Shown here one piece after another: positions 30,884-40,674 of a stretch of 64,000 nt of DNA. Source of the DNA: an uncultured Alphaproteobacteria bacterium (GTDB taxonomy: Bacteria > Pseudomonadota > Alphaproteobacteria > Rhodobacterales > Rhodobacteraceae). Below the pieces are notes generated by a model. The model was not told the DNA's origin and did no database searches. It saw only the letters and a program-made list of their open reading frames with translations. The DNA is taken from the NCBI GenBank assembly GCA_963714615.1, contig CAVQOV010000010.1:440106-504105 (forward strand). The letters run 5' to 3'. The position numbers and the translations under genes were made by a program. Numbering within the stretch: the stretch's first letter is position 1; each line of letters starts with the position of its first letter.

Positions 30884-32009
30884 ATGGGTATTCTTGATTT
30901 TCTGACGGGCGAGTTCATCGATGTTATCCACTGGACCGATGACACCCGCGACACGATGGTCTGGCGGTTCGAGCGCGAGGGCCACGAGATCAAGTACGGC
31001 GCCAAGCTGACCGTGCGCGAGGGTCAGGCGGCGGTGTTCGTGCACGAGGGGCAGCTGGCGGATGTGTTCACGCCGGGGCTCTACATGCTGGAGACCAACA
31101 ACATGCCGGTGCTGACGACGTTGCAGCACTGGGATCACGGGTTCAAATCGCCGTTCAAGTCCGAGATTTATTTCGTCAACACGACCCGGTTTACCGATCA
31201 GAAATGGGGCACCAAGAACCCGATCATCGCGCGTGATCCCGAGTTCGGGCCGATCCGGCTGCGCGCCTATGGCACCTATTCGGTGCGGGTGACGGATCCG
31301 GCGAAGTTTCTGGTCGAGATCGTCGGCACCGACGGCGAGTTCACGATGGACGAGATCAGCTTTCAGATCCGCAATATCATCGTGCAGGAATTTTCCCGCG
31401 TGATCGCGTCCTCTGGGCATTCCGGTGCTGGACATGGCGGCCAACACCGCCGATCTGGGCAAGCTGGTGGCCGGGGCGATCAGCGCCACGATCGCGCAAT
31501 ACGGGCTGGAGCTGCCGGAGCTTGTACATCGAGAACATCAGCCTGCCGCCGGCGGTGGAAGCGGCGCTGGACAAGCGCACCAGCATGGGGCTGGCGGGCG
31601 ATCTGGGCAGTTCACGCAATATTCCGCCGCCGAGGCGATGACGGCGGCGGCGGCGCAACCCGTCTGGCGGCGGCATGGGCGCAGGGATGGGTGCGGGGAT
31701 GGGTGCCGGAATGGGCATGGCGATGGGCGCGCAGATGGCGCATCAGGGGCCGTGGGGGGCGGTGCCTGCGGCGCGCGGGCGCCGCACCGCCTCCGCCGCC
31801 GGTCGAGCATGTCTGGCATGTGGCCAGGGACGGCAAGACCGAGGGGCCGTATTCGCGCGCCACATTGGGACGGATGGCCGCCGATGGCAGCCTGACCCGC
31901 GATGCCCATGTCTGGACCCAAGGGCCAGGATGGCTGGAAGCGGGCCGAGGAGGTGACCGAACTGGCGCAGCTGTTCACGGTGATGCCGCCACCGCCGCCG
32001 GGGGCCTGA
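30884..32009 (+). pseudogene. SPFH/Band-7 protein of the Band_7_1 (YdjI-like) type with GAGMG low-complexity linker and C-terminal DUF4339/GYF-like domain; at least 6 single-base indels between ~31420 and ~31925
   Basis: N-terminal MGILDFLTGEFIDVIHWTDDTRDTMVWRF... in frame 2; continuation ...IPVLDMAANTADLGKLVAGAISATIAQYGLELPELYIENISLPPAVEAALDKRTSMGLAGDLG.FTQYSAAEAM...GMGAGMGAGMGAGMGMAMGAQMAHQGPWGAV...PPPPPVEHVWHVARDGKTEGPYSRATLGRMAADGSLTRDAHVWTQGQDGWKRAEEVTELAQLFTVMPPPPPGA* obtained only by changing frame 2>0>1>0>1>2>0; stop TGA 32007-32009. Confidence 0.7.
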
Positions 32010-32021
32010 GCGGGCCGGCCG

Positions 32022-33118
32022 ATGGGCGACGGAAGAACACCGGTTTCCCTGCGACGCCTGCGGCGCGGACATGCGGTTTGCGCCCGGCGAGGGCCAGCTG
32101 GTCTGCGACCATTGCGGCAATGTCGCACCGCTGCGAGGCCGATGGCTTTGCGCATGCGCCGATCCGCGAGCTGGATTTCAACGCGGCGCTGGCCGCCGAG
32201 CTGCCGGCGCAGGAGATCGAGGAAAAGCGCGTCTCGTCCTGCCCCAATTGCGGCGCCGAGATCGAGTTCGATGCCGCCGTCCATGCCGTCGAATGCCCGT
32301 TCTGCGCCACGCCCGTGGTCATCGGCACCGGCACCCAGCGCTATATCAAGCCGCGCGGGTTGCTGCCCTTCGGGCTGACCGAGCCGCAAGCGCGCGACGC
32401 GATGACGCGCTGGCTGGGCGCGCTGTGGTTCGCGCCGAACGGGCTGCAGGAATATGCCCGCAAGGGGCGCAAGCTGGACGGCATCTACGTGCCCTACTGG
32501 ACCTACGACGCGGATACCAAAAGCGATTACCGGGGCGAGCGCGGCATGGTCTACTACGAGACCCGGACGGTGACGCGAAACGGCAAGACCCAGCGGATAC
32601 AGGTGCAGAAGGTGCGCTGGCACCCGGCGTCGGGCCATGTGGCGCGGTGGTTTGACGATGTGCTGGTGCTGGCCTCGAAGAGTCTGCCCAAACGGTTCAC
32701 CGACGCGCTGCAACCCTGGGATCTGTCGGCGCTGGAACCTTACCGGCCCGAGTATCTGGCCGGGTTCCGGGCCGAGGGTTATACGATCTCGCTGGAAGAT
32801 GGCTGGGTCGATGCGCGGGACCAGATCGACCGGGTGATCGAGCGCGACGTGAAATTCGACATCGGCGGCGACAGGCAGCGGATCCACAATATCCAGACGG
32901 CGATTTCGGATGTGACCTTCAAGCATATCCTGCTGCCGGTCTGGATGGCCGCCTACAGATATCGCGGCCGCACGTTCCGCTTCGTGGTCAATGGCCGCAC
33001 CGGGCGAGTGCAGGGCGAGCGGCCATGGTCGGCGTGGAAGATCGCGATTGCGGTGGTGCTGGGCGCGCTGCTGGCGGCGGCCGTGGGATACGGGATTGCG
33101 TTGCAAGAGCAGGGGTGA
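32022..33118 (+). pseudogene. double zinc-ribbon protein with ~250-aa uncharacterised domain and C-terminal TM anchor; indels at ~32025 (GGG run) and ~32135
   Basis: Ribbon 1 FPCDACGADMRFAPGEGQLVCDHCGNVAPL (frame 1), ribbon 2 SCPNCGAEIEFDAAVHAVECPFCATPVV (frame 2), then ...YIKPRGLLPFGLTEPQARDAMTRWLGALWFAP...GIYVPYWTYDADT..., ending with the TM helix WKIAIAVVLGALLAAAVGYGIAL; 13 nt after the SPFH gene. Confidence 0.65.
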
Positions 33119-33139
33119 ACGTGGCTCGGCGCACTTCTT

Positions 33140-33170
33140 GGAGGCGGCGGAGCCTCCGGCGGGGATATTT
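33140..33170. repeat. intergenic element copy 2: hairpin GGAGGC-n6-GCCTCC followed by GGCGGGGATATTT
   Basis: Same 19-nt core as 26711-26729; lies 22 nt after the stop of the zinc-ribbon gene, between convergent genes. Confidence 0.45.
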
Positions 33171-33222
33171 GGGAACAGATGAAGGCGGCCCGGCAGCACG
33201 GTGCGGCCGGGCCGGGCGATGA

Positions 33223-33654
33223 TCAGCTTTTGCTGATTTCGATTTTCTTCGTGCCAGAGCCTTTGGGCGATGGCTTCTTGGGCACCGTGACCGTCAGCAC
33301 GCCGTCCTTGAGATCGGCCTTGACCGCGCCCTCATCGGCATCCGAGGGCAGCCGGAACGAGCGCGAAAACGAGCCGTATTCGCGTTCCGAGAAATACCAG
33401 TTGTCGCCCTTCTCTTCGCGGCTGGTTTTCTTTTCGCCCTTCACCGTCAGCATTCCGTTATCGACGGCGAGGTCGATGTCTTTTTCCTCGACGCCCGGCA
33501 GTTCGACCGCGATGCGGTAGGTGTCGCCATTCACCGATGCCTCGGCGGCGGGTGCCAGCCAGTCGGATAGCCGCGTTCCGAAATTTCGGAAAGGCTCGAA
33601 CATTTGCGGCCACATGCCGCTTGAAACTGATTTCTCGACCATTTTCGACTCCAT
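33223..33654 (-). CDS. Hsp20/alpha-crystallin family small heat-shock protein
   Basis: alpha-crystallin domain ...GDTYRIAVELPGVEEKDIDLAVDNGMLTVKGEKK...FSRSFRLP...GVLTVTVPKK. Confidence 0.85.
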   Translation of the reverse strand: MESKMVEKSVSSGMWPQMFEPFRNFGTRLSDWLAPAAEASVNGDTYRIAVELPGVEEKDIDLAVDNGMLTVKGEKKTSREEKGDNWYFSEREYGSFSRSFRLPSDADEGAVKADLKDGVLTVTVPKKPSPKGSGTKKIEISKS

Positions 33655-33781
33655 GAAGGTTGCCTAAAGCACTTTGCTTTTTATCCCGGAATCGAAGGCG
33701 CCTCATTGATCTAGGTCAATCCTTGCCCGCCCCAGCGCAGCCCGCTATTTGGGAGCGCAACAGTTCCGAATGAGGTTCCCG

Positions 33782-34702
33782 ATGATCCTGAGTTGTGGCG
33801 AAGCGCTGATCGACATGCTGCCGCGTGAGACGACAAACGGTGAAGATGCCTTTGCGCCTTATCCCGGCGGGGCGGTTTTCAATACCGCCGTGGCGCTGGG
33901 GCGGCTGGGGGCGCCGGCGGGGTTTCTTTCGGGGCTGTCCTCGGATCTGTTTGGCGAAATGTTGCGCAAGTCGCTGAGTGACAGCGGCGTGTCGTGCGAT
34001 CTGGCGGTGGTGTCGGACCGGCCGACGACGCTGGCGTTTGTGCGGCTTGTCGATGGCCAGGCGAGCTATGCGTTTTATGACGAGAATACTGCCGGTCGGA
34101 TGCTGACACCGGACGATCTGCCGGAGCTTCCGGAAGATGTCGAGGCGCTGTTCTTCGGCGGGATCAGTCTGGTTGTGGATCCGTGCGGTGCCGCCTACGA
34201 GGCGTTGCAGGCGCGTGAGGCGAAGGGGCGGGTGATCATGATCGACCCCAACGTGCGGCCCGGTTTCATTCGCGACGAGGACGCGTATCGCGCCCGCATC
34301 GAGCGGATGATCGGGCGCGCCGATCTGGTGAAGCTGTCGGACGAGGATCTGCGCTGGCTGTATGGCGAGGGGTCGCTGGAGGATCTGGCGCGCGGGGTTC
34401 TGGAGCGCGGGCCAAGCGCGGTATTCGTGACCGAGGGCGCCAAGGGGGCGACGGCCTATTCGGCGGCGCACAAGGTCAGCGTGGCCGCCACGAAGGTCGA
34501 GGTGGTCGATACGGTCGGGGCTGGCGACACGTTCAACGCGGGGCTGATGGCGGCGCTTTACCGCGCCGGCGTGGTCAACAAGCTGGGGATCGCCAAGCTG
34601 GAGGCCGAGGTGCTGCGCGCCGCACTGGAGCTGGGTGTGAAGGCGGCAGCGATCACCGTGTCGCGGGCCGGGGCGAACCCGCCGTGGGCCGACGAGCTGT
34701 AG
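33782..34702 (+). CDS. PfkB-family carbohydrate kinase (fructokinase-like)
   Basis: N-terminal [12 protein letters not shown]..., C-terminal [13 protein letters not shown] ribokinase-family signature. Confidence 0.8.
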   Translation: MILSCGEALIDMLPRETTNGEDAFAPYPGGAVFNTAVALGRLGAPAGFLSGLSSDLFGEMLRKSLSDSGVSCDLAVVSDRPTTLAFVRLVDGQASYAFYDENTAGRMLTPDDLPELPEDVEALFFGGISLVVDPCGAAYEALQAREAKGRVIMIDPNVRPGFIRDEDAYRARIERMIGRADLVKLSDEDLRWLYGEGSLEDLARGVLERGPSAVFVTEGAKGATAYSAAHKVSVAATKVEVVDTVGAGDTFNAGLMAALYRAGVVNKLGIAKLEAEVLRAALELGVKAAAITVSRAGANPPWADEL

Positions 34703-34706
34703 CGCC

Positions 34707-35150
34707 GTGCGGGCACTGGTGCAGCGGGTTTCGGAGGCGTCTGTCACGGTCGCGGGCGAGGTGATTGGCCGGATCGGGCCGGGGCTGCTGGTGCTGGTTT
34801 GCGCGATGCAGGGCGACGGCGAGGCTGAAGCGGCTGCGCTGGCGGGCAAGATTTCAAAGCTGCGAATCTTTCGCGATGAGGCCGGGCGGATGAACCGGTC
34901 GGTTGTCGATGCGGGCGGTTCGGCGCTGGTGGTCAGCCAGTTCACGCTGGCGGCCGACACATCGCGCGGTAACCGGCCGGGGTTTTCGGCGGCGGCGGCA
35001 CCGGAGTTGGGGCGCGCGCTTTACGAAGCCTTCGCGCGCGATCTGGCGGCTTTGGGTGTGCGCGTGGAGACCGGGGAATTTGGGGCCGACATGGCGGTGG
35101 CGCTGGTCAATGACGGGCCGGTGACGATCTGGCTGGATACGGCGGGTTAA
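34707..35150 (+). CDS. dtd: D-aminoacyl-tRNA deacylase
   Basis: [15 protein letters not shown]...SQFTL..D...GNRP.F canonical Dtd motifs; 147 aa. Confidence 0.85.
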   Translation: MRALVQRVSEASVTVAGEVIGRIGPGLLVLVCAMQGDGEAEAAALAGKISKLRIFRDEAGRMNRSVVDAGGSALVVSQFTLAADTSRGNRPGFSAAAAPELGRALYEAFARDLAALGVRVETGEFGADMAVALVNDGPVTIWLDTAG

Positions 35151-35223
35151 AAGAAGGGGCTGTCCGCCCCTCGCCCGGATCGGATCCGGGCTTCATCCCG
35201 AGGATATTTCTGAACGGAAGAAA

Positions 35224-35526
35224 TCAGGGGTTCAGCTCAAGCTCGGCCAGAAGTGCGCCGAGGGCGGCGCCGTGCATGTCTCGGTCGTGGATCGAGCCCT
35301 GCACCTGCGGGCGCGGGAAGCTGAATTTCACGACGTTCAGATCGGCGATGTCGAAGCGGCGGATCAGGGCCGGGTCGGTCTGAAAGAGGCTTGCGACGTG
35401 CTGGGTTGGCAGATCGGTCACGCGGGCGAAGGCGGCGGGGGTGCCGCAGAAGATATCGACGGTCATCCAGAACGGGCCGGCATTCTTGGAGCGGACCTTT
35501 TCGACGATGTCGCCAAGGCGGGTCAC
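35224..35526 (-). CDS. DUF4387-domain protein (C-terminal module of AtuA-like systems); GTG start overlapping the upstream stop (GTGA)
   Basis: 100-aa ORF; GTGACCCGC junction at 35523-35526 couples it to the DUF1446 gene. Confidence 0.55.
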   Translation of the reverse strand: MTRLGDIVEKVRSKNAGPFWMTVDIFCGTPAAFARVTDLPTQHVASLFQTDPALIRRFDIADLNVVKFSFPRPQVQGSIHDRDMHGAALGALLAELELNP

Positions 35527-36872
35527 GGGCCAACCTCGATCACGTCAAGGCGGAACGCGTCCATCGGGTTATCGAGGTGCAGGACGTGGTTGAGGCAGAA
35601 TTCATAGACCGCGCCGCGCTGTATCTCGGCCGGAGAGAACGGGAAGGCGAAAGTGGGCATTTCCTCTTGCTCGGTCAGCGCGTGGTGCAGCAGGTAGGGG
35701 TTGAGCATCTTGCCGATTTCCTGAGCGAGGCTTTCGGTTTTGGCGGTGACGATGCCGAGGACGCCGATTTCGGTGGGCTGGGTTGTGCTGGTTTCCAGCG
35801 CGCCAAGGGCGGCGTTCTGGCCGATCAGGCGCAGCTCGATGGTGAAATCTTCGGGCGCGAGGTTGAGGCGGGCGGTGACCTTTTCGGTGGTCTGGCGGTG
35901 GATATCATCGCACCAGGCTTGCGCATTTTCGACGTAGCGCGGATCGCGCACCAGCGCGAGGGAGATCGTCTGATACCCTGCCTTGCGCGCGCCTTCGAGT
36001 TTCACGGTGTAGCGGTCGGACGGCACCCATTTCGAGCCGGTGACCCGGACCGAGCGGGCATCGAGGGAGGTGTATTTCGAGCCGGTTACATCGAGATGCC
36101 CGCCCGGTTCATACAGGATGAACGGGTCGCTGTTTTCGTAGAGCATATGCGCCGAGACGGTATGCGGCGTCGCGCGGGCCTTGTCGGCCATCGGCTGGAT
36201 GGTGAACCCCTCGGCGTCGAAGTCGACCAGGATGACGCCGGATGCGGGGTTGGTGGTGCAGAGGGCGCCGCATTCGCCGATCTTCGCGCCGTGCCAGGCA
36301 CCGCCGGCATTGCAGCCCTGGACCAGCGGCAGGGCGGCGATGATTGCCGTGTCGGTGGTGCGCCCGGCGATGACGATATCGGCGCCGGTGGCAAGGGCGG
36401 CGGCGATCTGCTCGGCCCCGGCAAGGGCCACGATATTGGTGCAGCTGTGGATCAGCGCTTCGTCGATGTCCGGCGCGGGCGACAGGGGCGTGATACGGCC
36501 ATCGCGCAGGGCTGCGTGACGGCTTCGGCGCTGCCCGCTTTTCAAGCACCGCGATCTTCAGGCGCTGGCCGGTGGCTTCGGCGATCTCGCGGGTGATGTC
36601 GACCAGCCAGTCAACCGCGCTGTCGGCGCCGCAGGTGCCTGCCGTGCCGAGCACCAGCGGCACGCCTGCGCGGGCGCGCGCCTCGATCAGGCCCTGCCAT
36701 TCGACGCTTGGTCGAGGCGCGGGAGTATTTCGACACACCACGCCCCAGATAAGCTGGGCCCGCTATCGGTCGAGCCACCATCGATCGCGATGATGTCCGG
36801 CTTTGCGGCAATGCCACGGTCGAGCGCCGCCTTGTCATAGCCAAGCCCAAGGGCGCCGGACGGGATCAGGAC
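35523..36872 (-). pseudogene. AtuA-like DUF1446 protein (acyclic terpene utilisation family); frame changes near 36545 and 36740, start unclear
   Basis: 340-aa core ORF 35523-36545 plus N-terminal pieces (...VLIPSGALGLGYDKAALDRGIAAKPDIIAIDGGSTDSGP..., ...AGVPLVLGTAGTCGADSAVDWLVDITREIAEATGQRLKIAVLEKR...) in other frames. Confidence 0.6.
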
Positions 36873-36878
36873 CCTCAG

Positions 36879-38389
36879 TCACTGATGCGCCTGCGGCTTG
36901 GTCATGTAGCGGCGCAGGAACATCGGCGCGATGAAATCCCAGTACGGCTGCGAGATCAGCAGACCGATGGCGATGCCCGACGAGAACAGATAGGTCCAGT
37001 CGCCATCCGACAGCACCATCGCGTCGCGCAGCTGCTTTTCCATCTGGTTGCCCAGCAGGATGCCCAGGATCACCGGAACGGTCGGCATATCGAGCTTGCG
37101 CAGGACATAGCCCAGCGCGCCGAAGGCCACGACCAGCAGCAGATCGAAATAGCTGCCGGTCAGCGAATAGATGCCGACGAACGAGATCATCGTGACGCCC
37201 GGCATCAGGATGGCTGGCGGCACTTGCAGCACCTGCACGAAGATCTTGACCATCGGCACGTTCATCGCCAGCAGCACGAAGTTGGCGATCAGAAGCGAGG
37301 CGATCAGGCCCCAGACCACATCGGGCCGGTCGGTGAACAGCGTCGGTCCGGGCGTGATGTTCAGCGTCATCAGCACCGCCAGCAGAACGGCCGTGGTGCC
37401 CGAGCCCGGAACGCCCAGCGTCAGCATCGGCACCAGCGCGCCGCCCGCGGCCGCGTTGTTGCCGGCCTCGGGCGCCGCGACGCCCTTGGCGCACGCCGGT
37501 GCCGAAGCCGCCCTTTTCGCCTGCGATGGATTTTTCCATCATGTAGGTCATGAAACTGCCCAGCGAGGCCCCGGCCCCCGGCAGAACGCCCGCGATGAAG
37601 CCCAGAAGCGATGAGCGCAGCATCGTCCAGCGCGTCGACCAGATCTCGCGCCAGGGCATCGTGACCTTGCCCAGCTTCACGCCGAGCGCGCCGGATTTGC
37701 CGTGGCTTTCGATGAAGAAGAACACCTCGGACACCGCGAACAGGCCGACGATGGCGACCAGGAAATCGATGCCGTCCATCAGGTGCAGATTGCCGCCCGT
37801 CAGCCGCGGCATGCCCGAATTGGGGTCCAGCCCGATCATCGCGATCATCAGCCCGATGCAGGACGCGAGCGCCGCCTTGGCCTGGTTGTTCGACGAGATG
37901 CCGCCCAGCGTGCGAGAACGCCAGAAGATAAAGCGCGAAATATTCCGCCGGGCCGAACTGATAGGCGATCCGGCTGAGCAGCGGGGCCAGCAGCATCAGG
38001 CCGATGGTGGCCAGAAGCGCGCCCGACGAAAGAGGCGACGCCCGAGATCACCAGCGCATCGCCCGCCCGGCCCTGCTTGGCCATCGGATAGCCGTCGAGC
38101 GTGGTCATCAGCGCCGGTTCGTCGCCGGGAATGTTCAGCAGGATCGAACTGATCCGCCCGCCATACATCGCGCCGTAGTAGATCGACGGTCAGCAGCACC
38201 AGCGCCGCGGTCGCATCGAGCCCCAGCGTGAAGGTCAGCGGGATCATGATCGCGACGCCGTTCGACGGGCCAAGGCCCGGCAGCGCGCCGACGATCGTGC
38301 CGATGAAAGCAGCCGATCACCGCCAGCATCAGCGTGTAGGGCGACAGGGCGATGGAAAAGCCCAGCTGCAGGTTTGCAAGAATATCCAT
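36879..38389 (-). pseudogene. tctA: tripartite tricarboxylate transporter permease TctA; at least 4 frame changes
   Basis: Fragments MDILANLQLGFSIALSPYTLMLAVIGCF..., ...MYGGRISSILLNIPGDEPALMTTLDGYPMAKQGRAGDALVISGVASFVG..., ...MIAMIGLDPNSGMPRLTGGNLHLMDGIDFLVAIVGLF..., ...MPMLTLGVPGSGTTAVLLAVLMTLNITPGP...RRYMTKPQAHQ* are all TctA segments in different frames. Confidence 0.75.
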
Positions 38390-38392
38390 GAT

Positions 38393-38845
38393 CTACGCCA
38401 ACCAGCCCCTTGGGAAGCCCCGAAGGCCCAGCCCGAGGACCAATCGGAACAGGACGAACAGCCCGACCGACAGGCCAATGCCCGCCAGTGACGCAGGCAT
38501 CGGGCGCGGCGAGATCTGATAGCTGAGGATGGCCGCCGCAATGGCCGTCGGCATCAGGAAGCCCAGCGGTTTCAGCGCATAGGCATAGCCGACCAGCAGC
38601 GACCACCGAGATGCACAGAGCGACAGCAGCGTGCAGGCTTCGGGCCAGTCGGGTTCTTCGTCGGGGCGCAGGATCATGATCGCCGCCGCAGAGCGCCGCG
38701 ATCGAGGCGCACGATGATCGGGAACGGTCTTGGACCCGACCGGGTCCGACAGGAAGCTGGTCTGTATCTGCAGGGCGCTCGCGATATACGCGAGCGCCAC
38801 AAGGATCACGACCAGACCGAAGATGCGGTCTGAATGTCGTGACAT
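38393..38845 (-). CDS. tctB: tripartite tricarboxylate transporter small subunit TctB; middle section likely affected by compensating indels
   Basis: 150 aa, hydrophobic N- and C-terminal thirds typical of TctB, abnormal arginine/proline-rich centre; 3 nt from the tctA start. Confidence 0.5.
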   Translation of the reverse strand: MSRHSDRIFGLVVILVALAYIASALQIQTSFLSDPVGSKTVPDHRAPRSRRSAAAIMILRPDEEPDWPEACTLLSLCASRWSLLVGYAYALKPLGFLMPTAIAAAILSYQISPRPMPASLAGIGLSVGLFVLFRLVLGLGLRGFPRGWLA

Positions 38846-38846
38846 C

Positions 38847-39818
38847 TTACTGGATCACGCCGATCTTGCGCGACAGATCCTCGGTCTGGGCGATCACGCC
38901 GTCGATCCAGCTCTGGAAATCGCCGCCGACCTTGGTGAACGGGCGCAAGACCGTTATCGGCCATCGCCTGCTGCCACTCGGCGCTGTCGGCGACCGCCTG
39001 CAGACTTGTCGGCCCATGTCGTGGAAGTCCGTCGTCCGAGATGCCGCCCGGCACGTAAAGACCGCGCCAGTTCACCGCGACGACGTCAAAGCCCTGCTCG
39101 CGCGCGGTCGGGATATCCTCGAAGCCCGGCACACGCTCTTCGGTCAGGACCGCAAGAACGCGCACTTCGCCGGACTTCATGAAGCCCACGATTTCGGACA
39201 TGTCGCCGGTCATCGCCTGGGTGAAGCCGCCGACGGTCTGGGTGATCGCATCGGCGCCGCCATCGACACCGATGTACTTGATCTTGGTGATGTCGTCGAA
39301 GCCGGCAGCCAGCAGGACCTGAAGCGGTTTCATGTGGTCGAAACCCGCCAACGGCCGAGCCGCCGGCGAAGGCGACCGAGCCCGGATCGGCCTTGATCGC
39401 GTCGACCAGGTCGCCAAGCGTTCTGGAACGGGCTGTCGGCCGCGACGACGATCACGCCCGGATCGGCGCCGATGGCGCCCACGAAGCGCACCTGATCGGC
39501 GGTGGCACCGCCATAGGCGTTCTGCGCAAGCCGCGTCGTCGTGGCGGAGGACGCGGCCACGATCAGGTCGGGATCGTCGTTGCGCTCATTCACGACGGTC
39601 GTGAACGCCAGACCGCCGCCGGCGCCGGCCATGTTGGTGACCTGCACGGGCTGATCGACCTGGCCGATGTCATACAGGATCTTGCCGATCTGACGGCAGG
39701 TGAAATCCCAGCCGCCGCCGGGGTTGGCCGGCGCGATGCATTCGGCGGCCATGGCCGAGGTGGCCGCAAGGCCGATTACGGCGCTGGTTGCCAGCGCCTT
39801 CAAGAAGCGTGTTTTCAT
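38847..39818 (-). pseudogene. tctC: tripartite tricarboxylate transporter substrate-binding protein TctC; frameshift ~39370-39420
   Basis: Signal peptide MKTRFLKALATSAVIGLAATSAMA + Bug-family N-domain in ORF 39330-39818; C-domain in ORF 38806-39417 in another frame. Confidence 0.7.
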
Positions 39819-39999
39819 AGTATCCTCCCAATTTCATCCGCAGGGTTGGCCCTGCTTTGTGTCCCTTTGGACTTAGGCGAAGAAATACCAACTGAGCGCA
39901 TCCGTCAAACAGGGATTGGCGTACTGCGGGAAATTTGTGCCGTGTTTGTACAGCGTTTCCGAATTGCCCGGCGAAATCAAACATGAAACAGCTTGTGCC

Positions 40000-40674
40000 A
40001 TGGGCGACGTGGATCTGGTGATTTTCGATTGTGACGGCGTGCTGATCGACAGCGAGCTGATCAGTGCGCGGATGCTGATCGCGACGTTGGAAGATTTCGG
40101 CGTGCGGGTCGACATGGCCTATGTTGCCCGGCATTTCCTTGGCCGCAGCTATCCGACCGTGCTGAGACAGATCCGCACCGAGTTCGATGTGGTCCTGCCG
40201 CCGGACTTCGAGGATGAATACCGCGAGCGGCTGCTGGCGGCGTTCGAGCGGGATTTGCGCGTCATGCCGGGCATCTGCGACGTGCTGCACCGGCTGGCGG
40301 TTACGGCCTGCGTGGCCACCAGCAGCAGCCCGAAACGGGTGGCGCGGTCGCTGGAACTGGTGGGTTTGCTGGATCGGTTCGGGGCGCATGTGTTCACGGC
40401 GTCCGAGGTTGCGCATGGCAAGCCCGCGCCCGATCTGTTCTTGCATGCCGCGGCGCGAATGGGTGCCGCACCGGGCCGCTGTCTGGTGATCGAAGACAGC
40501 CTGAACGGCATTCGCGCGGCGCAGGCGGCGGGCATGGATGTGTGGTGGTTCACCGGTGGCAGCCACATCGCGGCAGCGGGCGGAAATGGGCCGGCCGCGT
40601 CGCTTGCAGGGTTTTCATTTGCGGACTTCGGGGAATTCTTTGAGCATGCGCCGGCACTTGAAAATCCGGGATGA
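40000..40674 (+). CDS. HAD-family hydrolase (beta-phosphoglucomutase-like subfamily)
   Basis: Motif I DLVIFDCDGVLIDSE, motif IV ...CLVIEDSLNGIRAAQAAGM... Confidence 0.75.
   Translation: MGDVDLVIFDCDGVLIDSELISARMLIATLEDFGVRVDMAYVARHFLGRSYPTVLRQIRTEFDVVLPPDFEDEYRERLLAAFERDLRVMPGICDVLHRLAVTACVATSSSPKRVARSLELVGLLDRFGAHVFTASEVAHGKPAPDLFLHAAARMGAAPGRCLVIEDSLNGIRAAQAAGMDVWWFTGGSHIAAAGGNGPAASLAGFSFADFGEFFEHAPALENPG

Noticed and set aside
31660-31750. GGGATGGGTGCGGGGATGGGTGCCGGAATGGGC tandem repeats as a possible CRISPR or mini-satellite
   Set aside because: They are in-frame coding repeats (GAGMG) inside the SPFH gene, far shorter than CRISPR repeat-spacer units, with no cas genes nearby.
31538-33199. 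553-aa minus-strand ORF
   Set aside because: Antisense to the SPFH and zinc-ribbon genes. Extremely proline/arginine-rich, with no domain resemblance.
35391-36596. 401-aa plus-strand ORF
   Set aside because: Antisense to the AtuA-like DUF1446 gene.
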